Shown here piece by piece: positions 13,140 to 25,500 of a DNA stretch of 64,000 nt. The first letter of the stretch is position 1. Each line of letters begins with the position of its first letter. This DNA comes from Chiloscyllium plagiosum (Eukaryota), in contig NC_057719.1 of assembly GCF_004010195.1 (NCBI RefSeq), positions 12,989,727 to 13,053,726 on the forward strand, in the 5' to 3' direction. The notes below the pieces were generated by a model that did no database searches, was not told the DNA's origin, and saw only the letters and a program-made list of their open reading frames with translations. The translations under genes were made by a program, and so were the position numbers.

Positions 13140-14245
13140 CCTTTCATCCCAAGGACGGGGAGGGGTTGGGGGGGGGGGGCGAGCGACTACAGCCTCGAGG
13201 GGGTGGGGTTTGACACAGCTCTGATCTCTTTCTCATCCCCTCATTAAACTGGCAGCCTCCAGAATTGGGACTCCTCACTTCAGTCTCAATTTGGCACTGA
13301 CGGAGGTCAACAAATAAACTTAAAACCATCCAGAAAGAGACAGCACAGGACTTTGGGAACCAAATTCCAGTTTAAAGTTTATCTGGGAGTTGATTCATCT
13401 GAGGTGAGCATCATTATTTACTTTTTTTGTTGTTGTTGAGGACTACGGTCAGAGAAACAACAATGGTAAAGTGTTGTGGTGTGATGGGAAAAGCGCCTGG
13501 AGAGTTTCAACATTGGTTTAAACTGAACAAAAGAGGGGAAAATGTGGGAGTGTTTGGTAAACACTTGCCTGCGAAGTTGTTTTTTTTGTTTCAAACATTA
13601 TATACGGTTCCCTTGTTTTCCGGAATCTCAGAAGAGAGGTTTCTGTGGCTTTGGAATGTTTTAATTTAAGAATAGGGTTGTGTCTAAAACAGACACATCA
13701 GCCACTGCACTGTGCATGTGTCTGGGGAACTGGATCCGATCCTTTTCATTCATCGACTGTAGTATTTGTATTTATTTCCCCCAGAGTGGGTTTGTAACGC
13801 TGCCAATCCCCAGCTTCGGTGTTTGTTTTTTGGGGCAAAAAAAAGTAATTGCATAAATCCACTGCATATTTGAAAACAAAATGAACTGTTTCACTGATTC
13901 ATTCCATCTCTGGAGTTTACAAGTAAACGACATTCAGATTTGTTCCGCCACTGGGATTCTAACGAATCGCAGAATGTAACTTGCAGTTGCATTTGTGTTT
14001 CTGGTTTAACCCTTTCTTACGTTTCCGGAATCTTGAGGCTGGAACAGATAACAAAAACAGGGAGGGAAGAGGAGACCAGCCTGTGGAGACTGTGCAGCAC
14101 ATCCCACGTTAGTATCAACACGGTGCCACGAATTTTTATAAATCTTCCATGGCTTGGAAATAAAAATGGAAACGCGAATCGTGTGTTTTACGTCAGCTCC
14201 TCGAAGGAATTAAATCCAGAGGCAGGTTATAACTCCCCTAACAGC
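13140..14245. promoter_or_regulatory. Candidate CpG-enriched promoter region with putative non-coding VRTN exon 1 (donor GAG|GTGAGC at 13403/13404)
   Basis: Repeat-free stretch with visibly more CpG than its flanks, a G-tract at ~13157-13180, two TTCCGGAA ETS-like sites (~13618, ~14023), a TTACGTCA CRE-like site (~14188) and a strong + strand donor. Confidence 0.4.
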
Positions 14246-14247
14246 GA

Positions 14248-14545
14248 ATCCCTACAGCGTGGAAGCAGGTCATTCGGCCCATCGAGTCGACACCGACCCT
14301 CCAAAGTGCATCCCACCCTATCCCTATAATCCAACATTTCCCACAATCAACCTACACACCCCTGTACACTATGGGCAATTTAGCATGGCCAGTCCACCTT
14401 GCCTGTGGGAAGAAACCGGAGCACCTGGAGGAAACCCATACAGACACGGGGAGAATGTGCAAACTCCACACAGTCGCCTGAGGGTGGGATCGAACTTGGG
14501 TCCCAGCGCTGTGAGGCAGCAGTACTAACCATTGAGCCACTATGA
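14248..14545 (-). mobile_element. HE1-like SINE
   Basis: Same head and core as the 9478-9792 copy, more diverged. Confidence 0.85.
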
Positions 14546-14782
14546 AAGCTCCGTGGTGGAGAGAGCAGATAGAACTTTGAACAATCAGCAATTGGGGAAA
14601 GCGATCTAAACATGGGAAGACAAACTTTAGGGAGGGAGGACCTTGAAAACTCCTTGAATGATGTGGGGCCCAGCAGAGTGTGCGCTTCCATCAAGGTCCT
14701 GTTTTCAAAATTCTCACCAATTAATTCAACTGTCTTTACTGCCTTGTCCCTTCCCCATCTCTGTGGCCCCACAACCTTTTGT

Positions 14783-15098
14783 GGGCGGCACGGTGGCACA
14801 GTGGTTAGCACTGCTGCGTCACAGCACCTGAGACCCGGGTTCAATTCCCGCCTCAGGCGACTGACTGTGTGGAGTTTGCACATTCTCCCCGTGTCTGCGT
14901 GGGTTTCCTCCGGGTGCTCCGGTTTCCTCCCACAGTCCAAAGACCTGCAGGTCAGGTGAATTGGCCATGCTAAATTGCCCGTAGTGTTAGGTAAGGGGTA
15001 AATGTAGGGGTAAGGATGGGTTGCGCTTCGGCGGGTCGGTGTGGACATGTTGGGCCGAAGGGCCTGTTTCCACACTGTAATGTAATCTAATCTAATCT
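14783..15098 (+). mobile_element. Full-length young HE1-like SINE
   Basis: Near-identical to the 9478-9792 copy. Confidence 0.9.
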
Positions 15099-15345
15099 TT
15101 CAAGGACCCTCTGATCTCTTTGCACTCCCTCTATTTCAATCACTTCGCCCCTGAGTACATCTCTATGACGGTAAATGTAGGGGTAAGGGTGGGTTGCGCT
15201 TCGGCGGGTCGGTGTGGACATGTTGGGCCGAAGGGCCTGTTTCCACACTGTAATGTAATCTAATCTCCTCTTTCAAGGACCCTCTGATCTCTTTGCACTC
15301 CCTCTATTTCAATCACCTCGCCCCTGAGTACATCTCTATGACTCT
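14997..15345 (+). repeat. 173-bp direct tandem duplication (14997-15169, 15170-~15342)
   Basis: SINE 3' half plus flank repeated with few differences. Confidence 0.9.
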
Positions 15346-15579
15346 ACGAATGGTCAAGCTTCAACCTACAATGCCTTTCCTAAAAATCTCAGCGTCTCTA
15401 GCTCTCTTTTCCCTTCAAAACCCTTCCTCTAACCAAGCTTGAGAGTCCCATTCTCTTTACATTTTGGTCTTGATTACTTTCCACTTTGGGATTATACTGT
15501 TGTTTGAGATATGGTCAGGGTGATGGTGGTTTGGGCTTATGGAGGACGGCACCTAGGTGGCAGGGAGCTGAGTTGTTGA

Positions 15580-16292
15580 GTCGTAGAGTCAATGGAAACA
15601 GACCCTTCGTTCCAACTCGTCCATGCCAGCCAGATATCCTCAGTTAATCTAGTCTCATTTGCCGGCATTTGGCCCAGATCCCTCTACATAAATCCTTCCT
15701 ATTCATATACCCATCCAGATGCCTTTTAAATTTTGTAATTGTACCAGCCTCTACCACTTCCTCTGGCAGCTCATTCCATACACACACAAGCCTCGACATG
15801 AAAAAGTTGTCCTTTAGGTCCCTTTTATATCTTTCCCCTCTCACCCTAAACCTATGCCCACTAGATTAGGTTAGATACCTACAGTGTGGAAACAGGCTTT
15901 TGGCCCAACAATTCCACACCAACCCTCTAAAGAGAAACCCACCCCCTTTATTTACCCCTGACTAATCCACCTAACACTTAGCCTAGCCAATTCACCTAAC
16001 CTGCACATCTTTGGACTGTGGGAGGAAACCAGAGCACCTGGAGTAAACCCACACAGACACGGGGAGAATGTGTAAACTCCACACAGACAGTTGCCCGAGG
16101 CAGGAATTGAACCCGGGTCTCTGGTGCTGTGAGGCAGCAGTGCTAACCACTGAGCCACTGTGCTGCCCACTAGTTCTGGACTCGCCCACTCCAGGGAAAA
16201 GGCTTTCTCTATTTATCCTGTCCATGCTCCTTATGATTTTATAAACCTCTATAAGGTCACCCCTCAGCCGCCGATGCTCCAGGGAAAACAGT
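15580..16292 (-). mobile_element. CR1 3' end interrupted by an HE1-like SINE (15865-16167; repeat tgcccactag at both junctions)
   Basis: CR1 sequence is collinear across the SINE. Confidence 0.85.
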
Positions 16293-17179
16293 CTGGAATG
16301 TAGCAGAAACTGCTGGTTAGTTAGTTCAGGGCTGAAAGGATGTATGTGAACAGAACTACAAATTTCAAATGCTCCGTTTCTACATGATTGCCCCGTAACC
16401 AAGCACTGAATTTTGTCAAAACCAGTTGAAGCCACCGCCTATATTAGCACTGGGACTTGAATTAGATTCAGGCTTAAATAGTGGGTACCCTTTTTTTTAT
16501 AGCGGAGGTACCTTATACAGAATGGAGCTGTAACTCCAGTTGCAGAGGTTAAATGAATAATATACTGAGCAGCTGCAGCACCCAGCCAAGACAGTTTTTT
16601 TAAAATCCAGCTTTAATTTCTATACATGTAAAGAAAGATGTTTCCCTCTCCCTCCCACTCCTGAAGGTGATGATGTACTTTGCATTAGTGCTCAACTGCA
16701 TGCCTTAACACCTCACCCAAATATCCTGTCTTCAAGTATAACCTTAGACCTTGAGAAGATGCTTTTACTTCTCTGGAGTGTCATCCTGTCCAATGGAAGC
16801 TGTCAAATATGTTTTCTTATATTTTGTCAGTGGCTGTACAGGAGTTGTATATTGGCCATACTGCTGAATGTTAATATAAAAAGGAGCTTGAATAAGCAGA
16901 CTGTACAAGGGAATATCTCCACAGCCACTGATCTTATCTCCCAATGTCTATCAGCTGGCATTCTTCAGTTGAAGTGTGAAAGCTTGGAATAGATAGTGAT
17001 TCAGAATGGGACTGTGAAACCATCAGAACTGACAAGGTGGGGGTCTCAGTATAACACAAGAGTCAGCAACCTTAATAAGAATGGGTTTTAAAAAATAGTC
17101 AGTCACAAGAGCAATATCTGAAACACTGCAGTGCTGTTGCGGAAATGCCCATGTCAGTAAGAAAAATAAACAGATGTAA

Positions 17180-17390
17180 TAAAAACCAAAAGAACTGCAG
17201 GTGCTGCAAATCAGAAACAAAAACAGTTATTGCTGGAAAAGCTCGGCAGGTCTGGCAGCACCACTGGGGAGAAACCAGAGTTAACGTTTCGGGTCTGTTC
17301 TGAGGAAGGGTCACTCAACCCGAAACTCTGTTTCCTCCGTAGAGGTGCTGCCAGACCTGCTGAGCTTTTCCAGCAATTTCTGCTTTAGAT
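17180..17390. mobile_element. Penelope inverted terminal repeats (second subfamily) with hammerhead-like ctgaggaagggtcactcaacccgaaac
   Basis: Inverted gctggaaaagctc...cttttccagc arms; motif at ~17300. Confidence 0.7.
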
Positions 17391-18174
17391 TAGATTAGAT
17401 TAGATTACTTACAGTGTGCAAACATTTAAACAGATATAAACTTTGGCAAAGATAATACGTTTTTTCATCAAAAGCATTTCAAGATTTAATGTTTTCTTGT
17501 TGACAAAGTTTTCATCCCATATACAACACACACATGGCAGGCTGGATGTATGGGATGAATATGAACGAATCAACCCCTTTTTGACCTTCTTGAATCTCAT
17601 TTTCACTTATTTTCTTCTTTGTAGCCATTTCACCTCTTAATTTTGACACTTTTTTTTCAAATAAATGCAAATGCTAATCAATTTTAAAAAAAGTTAATGC
17701 ACGTCACAAACTTTTGTTTCCTGTAATAAACTATGCAATTTTCAGAGCAAACTAACCTCAAAAGAGAGCCCATAGCTCCTCTGCCAATTTCTGTGAGTGA
17801 CCTGCACGCTCACTATTGGGCAAAGAATTAGGGGAAATGAGGAGATTTACAAAGATGTGCTGGTTAGGTGGAATGGCCATGCTAAATTGCACATGGTGTC
17901 CAAGGTAGTGCAGCCTATGTGGATAAGCCATGGGAAATGCAGGGTTTTAGGATAAGGGGGTGGGTCTGAGTGGGATGCTCTTTGCAGGGTCTGTGTGGAC
18001 ATGATGGGCCAAATGGCCTGCTTCCATACTGTAGTGATTCTACAATTCTATAATTCATAGAAACTTTTAAAATTCTAACAGGATTAGACAGGGTAAATGC
18101 AGGAAGGATGTTCCTGATGGAGGAGTCTGGCGTAGGACTGAGATGAGAAATTTCTTCACCCAGAGCGGGGTGAG

Positions 18175-18790
18175 ATTTTCCTGCACACCCTTCCACCTCA
18201 TTGACTGCTCTCAATGTGGTCTCCTCTACGTCTGGGAGACAGGACACCAACTTGCAGAGTGATTCAGGAAACATCTCTGGTCTGCACGCACCAACTAACC
18301 CCACTGCCCTGTGGCCAACCACTTCAACTTCCCCTCCCAGTCCCCCAAGGACATGCAAATCCTGGACCACCTCTACCATCAAATCAAAGCCACCCGCTGA
18401 CCTTGGAGGAAGAACGCCTCATCTTCCGCCTCAGGACCCTACAACCACACGGCATCAACTTGACTTCACCAGTTTCCAACTCTTCCCCTCGCCCCAATTT
18501 CATCCCAGATCCAACCCTCCAACTTGTCACCGTCCTCTTGGCCTGTCCTACCTGTCCATTTTCCTTCCATCTATCTGCTCCACCCTCCCCTCTGACCTAT
18601 CATAATTACCTCCCACCTATCTTCCCCCCACTACCACACCCCTATTTATCTCTCAACCCCTTTCCATCTCCACATTTCCAAAATGTTAACTTTCCTGTTC
18701 CTTAGATGATGCCTGACCTGCTATGCTTTTTCCAGCACCACACTTTTCGGCTCTGACATTCCAGCATCTGCAGTCATCACTTTCTCCTAG
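18175..18790 (+). mobile_element. Penelope 3' end (GIY-YIG endonuclease remnant plus terminal repeat) nested in an older CR1
   Basis: CSQCGLLYV...PVANHFN...EEERLIFRLRTLQPHGIN. Confidence 0.8.
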
Positions 18791-18959
18791 TTATGGAATT
18801 CTCTGGCACAGAAAGCAGTCGAGGCCAAAACATCGGATGTTTTGAGAAGGAATTAGATATTGTTCTTAAGGAGAAAGGGCTCAAAGCAAGAATTGGGTAC
18901 TAAGTTGGATGATCAATCATGATCATATAGAGTGATAGGGCAGGTTTGAAGGGCCGAAA

Positions 18960-19265
18960 TAGACACGGTCTTTTCCCTGGGTGGGTGAGTCCAGAACTAG
19001 TGGACATAAAAGGGACCTAAGGGGCAACTTTTTCACGCAAAGGGTGCTACGGGTATGGAATGAGCAGCCGGAGGAAGTGGTGGAGGCTGGTACATTGTAG
19101 CATTTAAAAGACATCTTTTAAAAAGGATGGTGATATGAATAGGAAGGGTTTAGGGGGATATGGGCCAAGTGCTGGCAAATGGGACTAGATTGGGTTGGAA
19201 TATCTGGTCGGCATTAATGAGTTGGACCAAAGGGTCTGTTTCCGTGCTGTACATCTCTATGACTC
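18960..19265 (+). mobile_element. CR1 3' end
   Basis: WNE...PEEVVEAG region and gctgtacatctctatgact tail. Confidence 0.8.
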
Positions 19266-19721
19266 GATGTCTTTTATTCTCCCACGTGCCAATCCAATTT
19301 CCTTGTGAAATCTTTGATCATCTGCCATTCCAGCTCTATGGTAGATATCATCTTTCAGGTCATTGCCACTCACTGAAGGTAAAATCCTTTTTCCTTCAGG
19401 AAATTACAGGTCAGTTATTTTAACATCTATGATTGGGAAAATGTTGGAATCCATTATTGCACAGGTTGACTAAAGTTACTTTGAGGAAGTAACACTAGCA
19501 TGGTTTAAAGGAAACGTACATACTGTATATGGTGTACTTGGATTTCCAAAAGGTGTTTGACAAGGTACCACCTCAAAGGTTACTACACAAAATAAGAGCT
19601 CACAGTGCGGAGGGTACCATATCAGTAGGATATGGTTAGCTAACTGGAAGCAGAGCTCAGGCATAGCCTTGTATTGGCTGGGAAGCTACAACAAGTGGAG
19701 AGACACAGGGAACGCGGCAGA

Positions 19722-20058
19722 TCATAGAATCCCTACAGCATGGAATTAAGCCATTCAGCCCATCAAGTCCATATGGACCCTGTGAAGAGCATCCCACTCA
19801 GACCTACCCTACCCCTATAACCCTGCACTTCCCATGGCTAATCCATCTAGCCTACATATCCCTGGACACTATGGGCAATTTAGCACGGCCAGGCCCCCAA
19901 CCTGTACATCTTGGCATTGTGGAGGAAACCGGAGCACCTGCAGAAACCCACATCGGCACAAAGAGAATGTGCAAACTCCACGCAGTCACCCAAGGCAGGA
20001 ATCAAACCTGGGTCCCTGGATCCGTGAGGCAGCAGTGCTAACCACTGAGCCACCCCAT
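19722..20058 (-). mobile_element. HE1-like SINE
   Basis: Diverged head and core. Confidence 0.8.
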
Positions 20059-20096
20059 GTAGTCTAATCTGGGAAGATATCAAACTTGTTCACTTA

Positions 20097-21437
20097 TAGA
20101 GTCATAGAGATGTACAGCATGGAAACAGACCCTTTGGTCCAACTCTTCCATGGTAAAACCAATTACTGCAAATGCTGGAAACCAGATTCTGGATTAGTGG
20201 TGCTGGAAGAGCACAGCAGTTCAGGCAGCATCCAAGGAGCAGTAATACCTAGCATTGGATAGGTATATGGAGGATAGTGGGTTAGTGTAGTTTAGGTGGG
20301 CTTGGATCGGCGCAACATCGAGGGCCCAAGGGCCTGTACTGCGCTGTATTCTTCTATGTTCTATGTTCTATGTTCTATGTTTCGGGCAAAAGCCCTTCAT
20401 CAGGAATACAGGCAGAGACCCTGAAGGGTGGAGAGTTAAGTGAGAGGAGGTGGGGGTGGGGAGAAAGTAGCATAGAGTAGGGACTCCCTGAGATTCTTGT
20501 AGAGAGAGGAGGAAAACTTCTTCAAGGCAGGCATCCTTGCTACTTTCTCCCCACCCCCACTCTCCTCTCACTTATCTCTCCTTCAGGCTCTCTGCCTGTA
20601 TTCCTGATGAAGGGCTTTTCCCCGAAATGTCGATTTTACTGCTCCTCGGATGCTGCCTGAACTGCTGTGCTCTTCCAGCACCACTAATCCAGAATCCAAC
20701 TATTCCATGCCAACCAGATATTCTAAATAAGTCTAGTGCCATTTTCCAGCATTTGGCCCATATCGCTCTAAATCCTTGCTATTCATATACCCATCCAGAT
20801 GCCTTTTAAATGTTGTAATTGTACCAGTCTCCACCACTTCCTCTAGCTGCTCATTCCATACACACACCACCCTCTGTGAGAAAAAAAGTTTCCCCTTTTA
20901 AATCTTTCCCCTTTCACCTAAAACCTGTGCCTTCTAGTTTTGGAAAGGACCTTGCCTATTTACCCTACCCTTGCCCCTCATGATTTTATAAATCTCTATA
21001 AGGTCACCACTCAGCCTCCAACACTCCAGGGAAAACAGCCTCAATCTATTCAGCCTCTCCCTATAGGACAAACCCTCCAATCCTGGCAACATCCTTGTAA
21101 ATCGTTTCTGAACACTTTCAAGTTTCACATATCCCTCCTACAGCAGGGAGACCAGAATTGCATGTGGTATTCCAAAAGTGGCCTAACCAATGTCCTGTAC
21201 AGCCACAATATGACTTCACAACTCCTGTACTCAATGCTCTGACCAATAAAGGAAAGCATACTAACCATCTTCTTCACTATCCCGTATACCTCAGACTCCA
21301 CTTTCAAGGAGCTATGAACCTGCACTGCAAGGTCTCTTTGTTCAACAACATTTCCCAGGATCTTGCCATTAAGTGTAAACGTCCTGCCTTGATTTGCCTT
21401 TCTAAGATGCAGTACCTCACATTTATCTAAGTTAAAC
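20097..21437 (-). mobile_element. CR1 LINE 3' part interrupted by Penelope inverted repeats (~20155-20695), themselves interrupted by another LINE tail (ttctatg)n
   Basis: RT peptides KFNLDKCEVLH...LYRTLVRPLLEY; nested structure visible. Confidence 0.8.
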
Positions 21438-22559
21438 TTTGGCAGGAACAACAGAAAATCAGCAACTTATTTACTTTTATTCTTTCATGGGATGTGGGTG
21501 CTGCTGTCAAGACCAGCACTGGTAATACAACCCTAATTGCCCTTGAACTGATTGGCTTGCTTGAACATTTCAGAGGGCAGTTAAACATCACGGACTTGTG
21601 GGCACATTGCTGTGGGTTTGGAGTCACGTATAGGCCAGATAAGTGAGGAGGGCAGATTTCCTCTCCTAAGGATATTAATGAGCCAGATGAGTTGTCACAG
21701 CTGTTCACTGAGACCATTACTGAGACAGTTTTCAAATCCAGGTTTGATAATTGAACTAAAATCCCACCAGGTTTGAATTCACGTCCCAAATATTTCAGCC
21801 TAGACCTCTGGATGGCTAGTAAAGTGACATTACCAATACACAAATCAATTCAATTCAATTCAATTCACCATGGTGGCCCTTATGAAATGGAGAAAGCTGA
21901 GAACTCTAAGGTACAGAGTAACCTGATTTCCCTGGTATGTGACTTAGAGTCATAGAGATGTACAGCACGGAAACAGACACTTCGGTCCAACCCGTCCATG
22001 CCGACCAGATATCCCAATCCAATCTAGTCCCACCTGCCAGCACCCGGCCCATATCCCTCCAAACTCTTCCTATTCATATACTCATCCAAATACCTCTTAA
22101 ATGTTGCAATTGTACCAGCCTCCACCACTTCCTCTGGCAGCTCATTCTAGAGAAATTAATTTGCAAGCGCACTGACTTATTATGAAGTCAAGTGGAATGT
22201 TGTTTATTACAAGGGGAATGGAGTGTAAAACTTGGGATTCATTGATAAGGCCATATCTGGAGCACTGTCTACAGTTTTACTTAGGAAATAAGAACCAGAG
22301 AAGGGCATTTGGCCCCTTGAGCCAGCTCTGCCATTCAGTGGGACCCTGGCTGGTCTGAGGTTCCTCACGTCCATTTTCCTATCCTTTCCCTGTAACACTT
22401 GATTCCCCTACTGATCAAGAATCCATCTATCTCAGTCTTAAATACACACAGATACTCTGCCCCAACTGCCCTCTATGAGAGAAGAAATTCCTCCTCATCT
22501 CAGTTTTAAATTGGCATCCATTTATTCTGAGACGACCCTCTGGTCTGAGACTGTATCAT

Positions 22560-25500
22560 GAAATAGGGAATAGGGAAATCCCTGGCAATTACAGACCAGT
22601 CAGTCTTACGTCTGAGGTCAGCAAAGTTGTGGAAAGAATTCTGAGGGGTAGGATTTATGACTATTTGGCAAAGCATAGTGTGATTAAAGGCAGTCAGCAT
22701 GGCTTTGTGAGGGGCAGGTCATGCCTCACAAATATTTTTTTTATAATATATTTTTATTAAGAAAAAATAGATTTTTAAATATTACAACAAATACAAACAA
22801 TGCAATTCAAAACAGTACAAAAATAGTACAAAACTAAACCCAAATAATAAAAAAAATTCCCCAATTCACCCTCCTATACGAATGTATAAACATATATAGA
22901 GAAGTCTAAAATTAAAAAAAACCTAAACTAGCTATTTAACTAACTAAATAAATACTTAACAACAAACAAATAAATAGTAATAACTCAGCCCAGCCAAACA
23001 AAACACTCATACATTCACAGTTCCTCCTCCCTGGATATTGGAGTCATGAAACATAATCGTTACAGCTATATAAAAGCCCTTGTTAGTGTGGCAGATAAAT
23101 CTGTGTCCAGGTATTTCAAAAAGGGTTGCCATGTCTTGTAAAAATTCTCAGTTTTGTGGTGTACCATATTTGTGAGAAAATCCAGGGGAATATGCTCCAT
23201 AACAATCTTCCACCAACCCGACAGGCCTGGGGGTTTTTCGGATATCCAACCTAGCAAGATATTCTTCCTTGCACAGAATGTAAGAATATTTAAAAGTTTT
23301 GCCTTATCCGGGTCTGCAGGAAATACAATGGATAGGCCCAAAAGGAGCGAAATAGGGTCCTTCTCCACCCCTACACCTAAAATCCTCTCCATTGCACCCA
23401 CCACAGTGCCCCAATATGTTTGAAGCCTGTCACAAGACCAAAGACAATGGGTAAGAGTACCCATACAGACCTTGCACTTGGGACATGCTGAAGATACCCC
23501 TGGTTTAAATTTTGACAAACGGTCTGGGGCTAAGTGGACCCTGTAGAGAATCTTCAACTGTAAAGCATGGGTCCTATTGCAAATTGATATCTTCCTTGCA
23601 TTCTCCCAAATATCCTCCCATGCCTCTGAAGAAAATTCAACACCCAGCTCTCTTTCCCACATCTTGCAGAGTCGATCAGACTCATCTGAGATGGCACCCC
23701 CAATTGGTGATATAGAGTACTGACAGAGAGTGTACTCTTAGCCCTTAGTACCCCTCTTTCTATGTCAGATTTGTAGGAATCAGTCAAAAGTATGGTCTTT
23801 TTTTGAACAAAATCCCTAACTTGAAAAAAACGAAAGAGGTTTCTATTAGGTAACTCGTACTTCTGTACTAACTGATCGAAGGACATCATTACGTCTCCCT
23901 CAAATAAATCACCCATGCAAGATATACCCCTAGCTGCCCAACGTTTAAATCCTGAATCTATCATACCTGGTTGAAAACTCGGCATACCCACTAAAGGTGT
24001 AAACAAAGATGTTATGGCAATATTACCTTCCCTCTGCCGAATTGCCCTCCATGCTTTAACAGTATTGATGACTATTGGGTTATGGCAATATTCCCTAACT
24101 GTCCTCACCTTGTCCAAAAACAGCAAACTGGTAAGGGGGAGACTTGCCTGGGAGACTTCGATATCTAGCCATGTTGAAAGAGGGTCCCCACAAACCCAAT
24201 CACTTACGTAGGTCAAAAGCGAGCTTAATTGGTAATTTTTAATGTCCGGAAGGTCCACTCCCCCCAATCTGTGAGGCAACTGCAGTTTGGCTAATTTAAT
24301 GAGGGGCTGCTTACAGTGCCAGATAAAGGAGCTGAACCAACTGTTCAGTCTCCTGAGTGTTTGTTTATTGAAAATCAGGGGGAGCATCCGTATAGGGTAT
24401 AGCAAACGAGGGAGAATATTCATCTTAATAAATGCTATCCAACCCAACCATGAGACTGGAAGTGCCTCCCATCTTTGGAGATCTTGTTTAATTTTTTCAA
24501 ATAATTGAGTAAAATTGGCTTTTAGCCTCTGATTTAGCAAAATTAATCTTATACCCTGAAAAAGCGCCAAATGCGTGAATGCATTGTATCAGGCAAGGCA
24601 CTGAAACTGCTGGATTTGTCAAGAAAATTAGAACATCATCTGCATACAACGAGATCTTACGTAATTTTGACCCCACTTCTGGAGCTGATATATTGAGATC
24701 CCCACGAATGGCCTCTGCCAACGGTTCAATCACTAACGTAAAAAGTAATGGTGAAAGGGGACAGCCCTGCCGGCTACCCCTAGAAATATTAAAATTGCTT
24801 GATCGTACCCGGTTGGTAATGACCGCAGCGAGAGGTACACAGTGGAGAACCTTTACCCATCTTATGTAAACTTCACCCAGACCAAACCGGTCTAAGGTAT
24901 AGAAAAGGTATGACCACTCAACTCGGTCAAATGCCTTCTCTGCATCTAAAGTAATCACCAATCCCTGTATTGACTGCTGTTGGCAGGCTTGAATTACGTT
25001 AAGCAGCCTCCTAACGTTATTGGAGGATCTGCGACCCTTTATGAAGCCCGTCTGATCCTCTTTAATAATAGAGGGTAACACAGTCTCCAGCCTTANNNNN
25101 NNNNNNNNNNNNNNNNNNNNNNNNNNNGAAGTTGCCTCACAGCTTCCTGCACTTCTTGTTCTGATAATGGGGCATTGAGAAAGGACTGTTGTTTGGGAGT
25201 CACACCCGGGAGCTTCAGATCTCTAAGAAAGGATTCCCTTTTGGCCTGCCCCTCCTCACAATTCTCAGACTGATATAATTTAGAGTAGAATCTCTGGAAC
25301 GCCACATTAATCTTTTTAGAATCACATGTTAGGTTCCCAGACCCTTCCCTAATCGCTGTAATGGTTTGTGGGGCACTTCTCTTTCTGGCAAGGTATGCTA
25401 AGTATTTGCCTGGCTTGTCACCATGCTCGTATAACCTTTGCTTTGCAAAAGCCAGCTCCTTCTTTGCTGTCTGCGTGAGCACAGAATTTAGTGCAGACTG

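Noticed and set aside
14783..14860. tRNA genes at SINE heads
   Set aside because: tRNA-like A/B boxes continue into the SINE core and tail in many dispersed copies.
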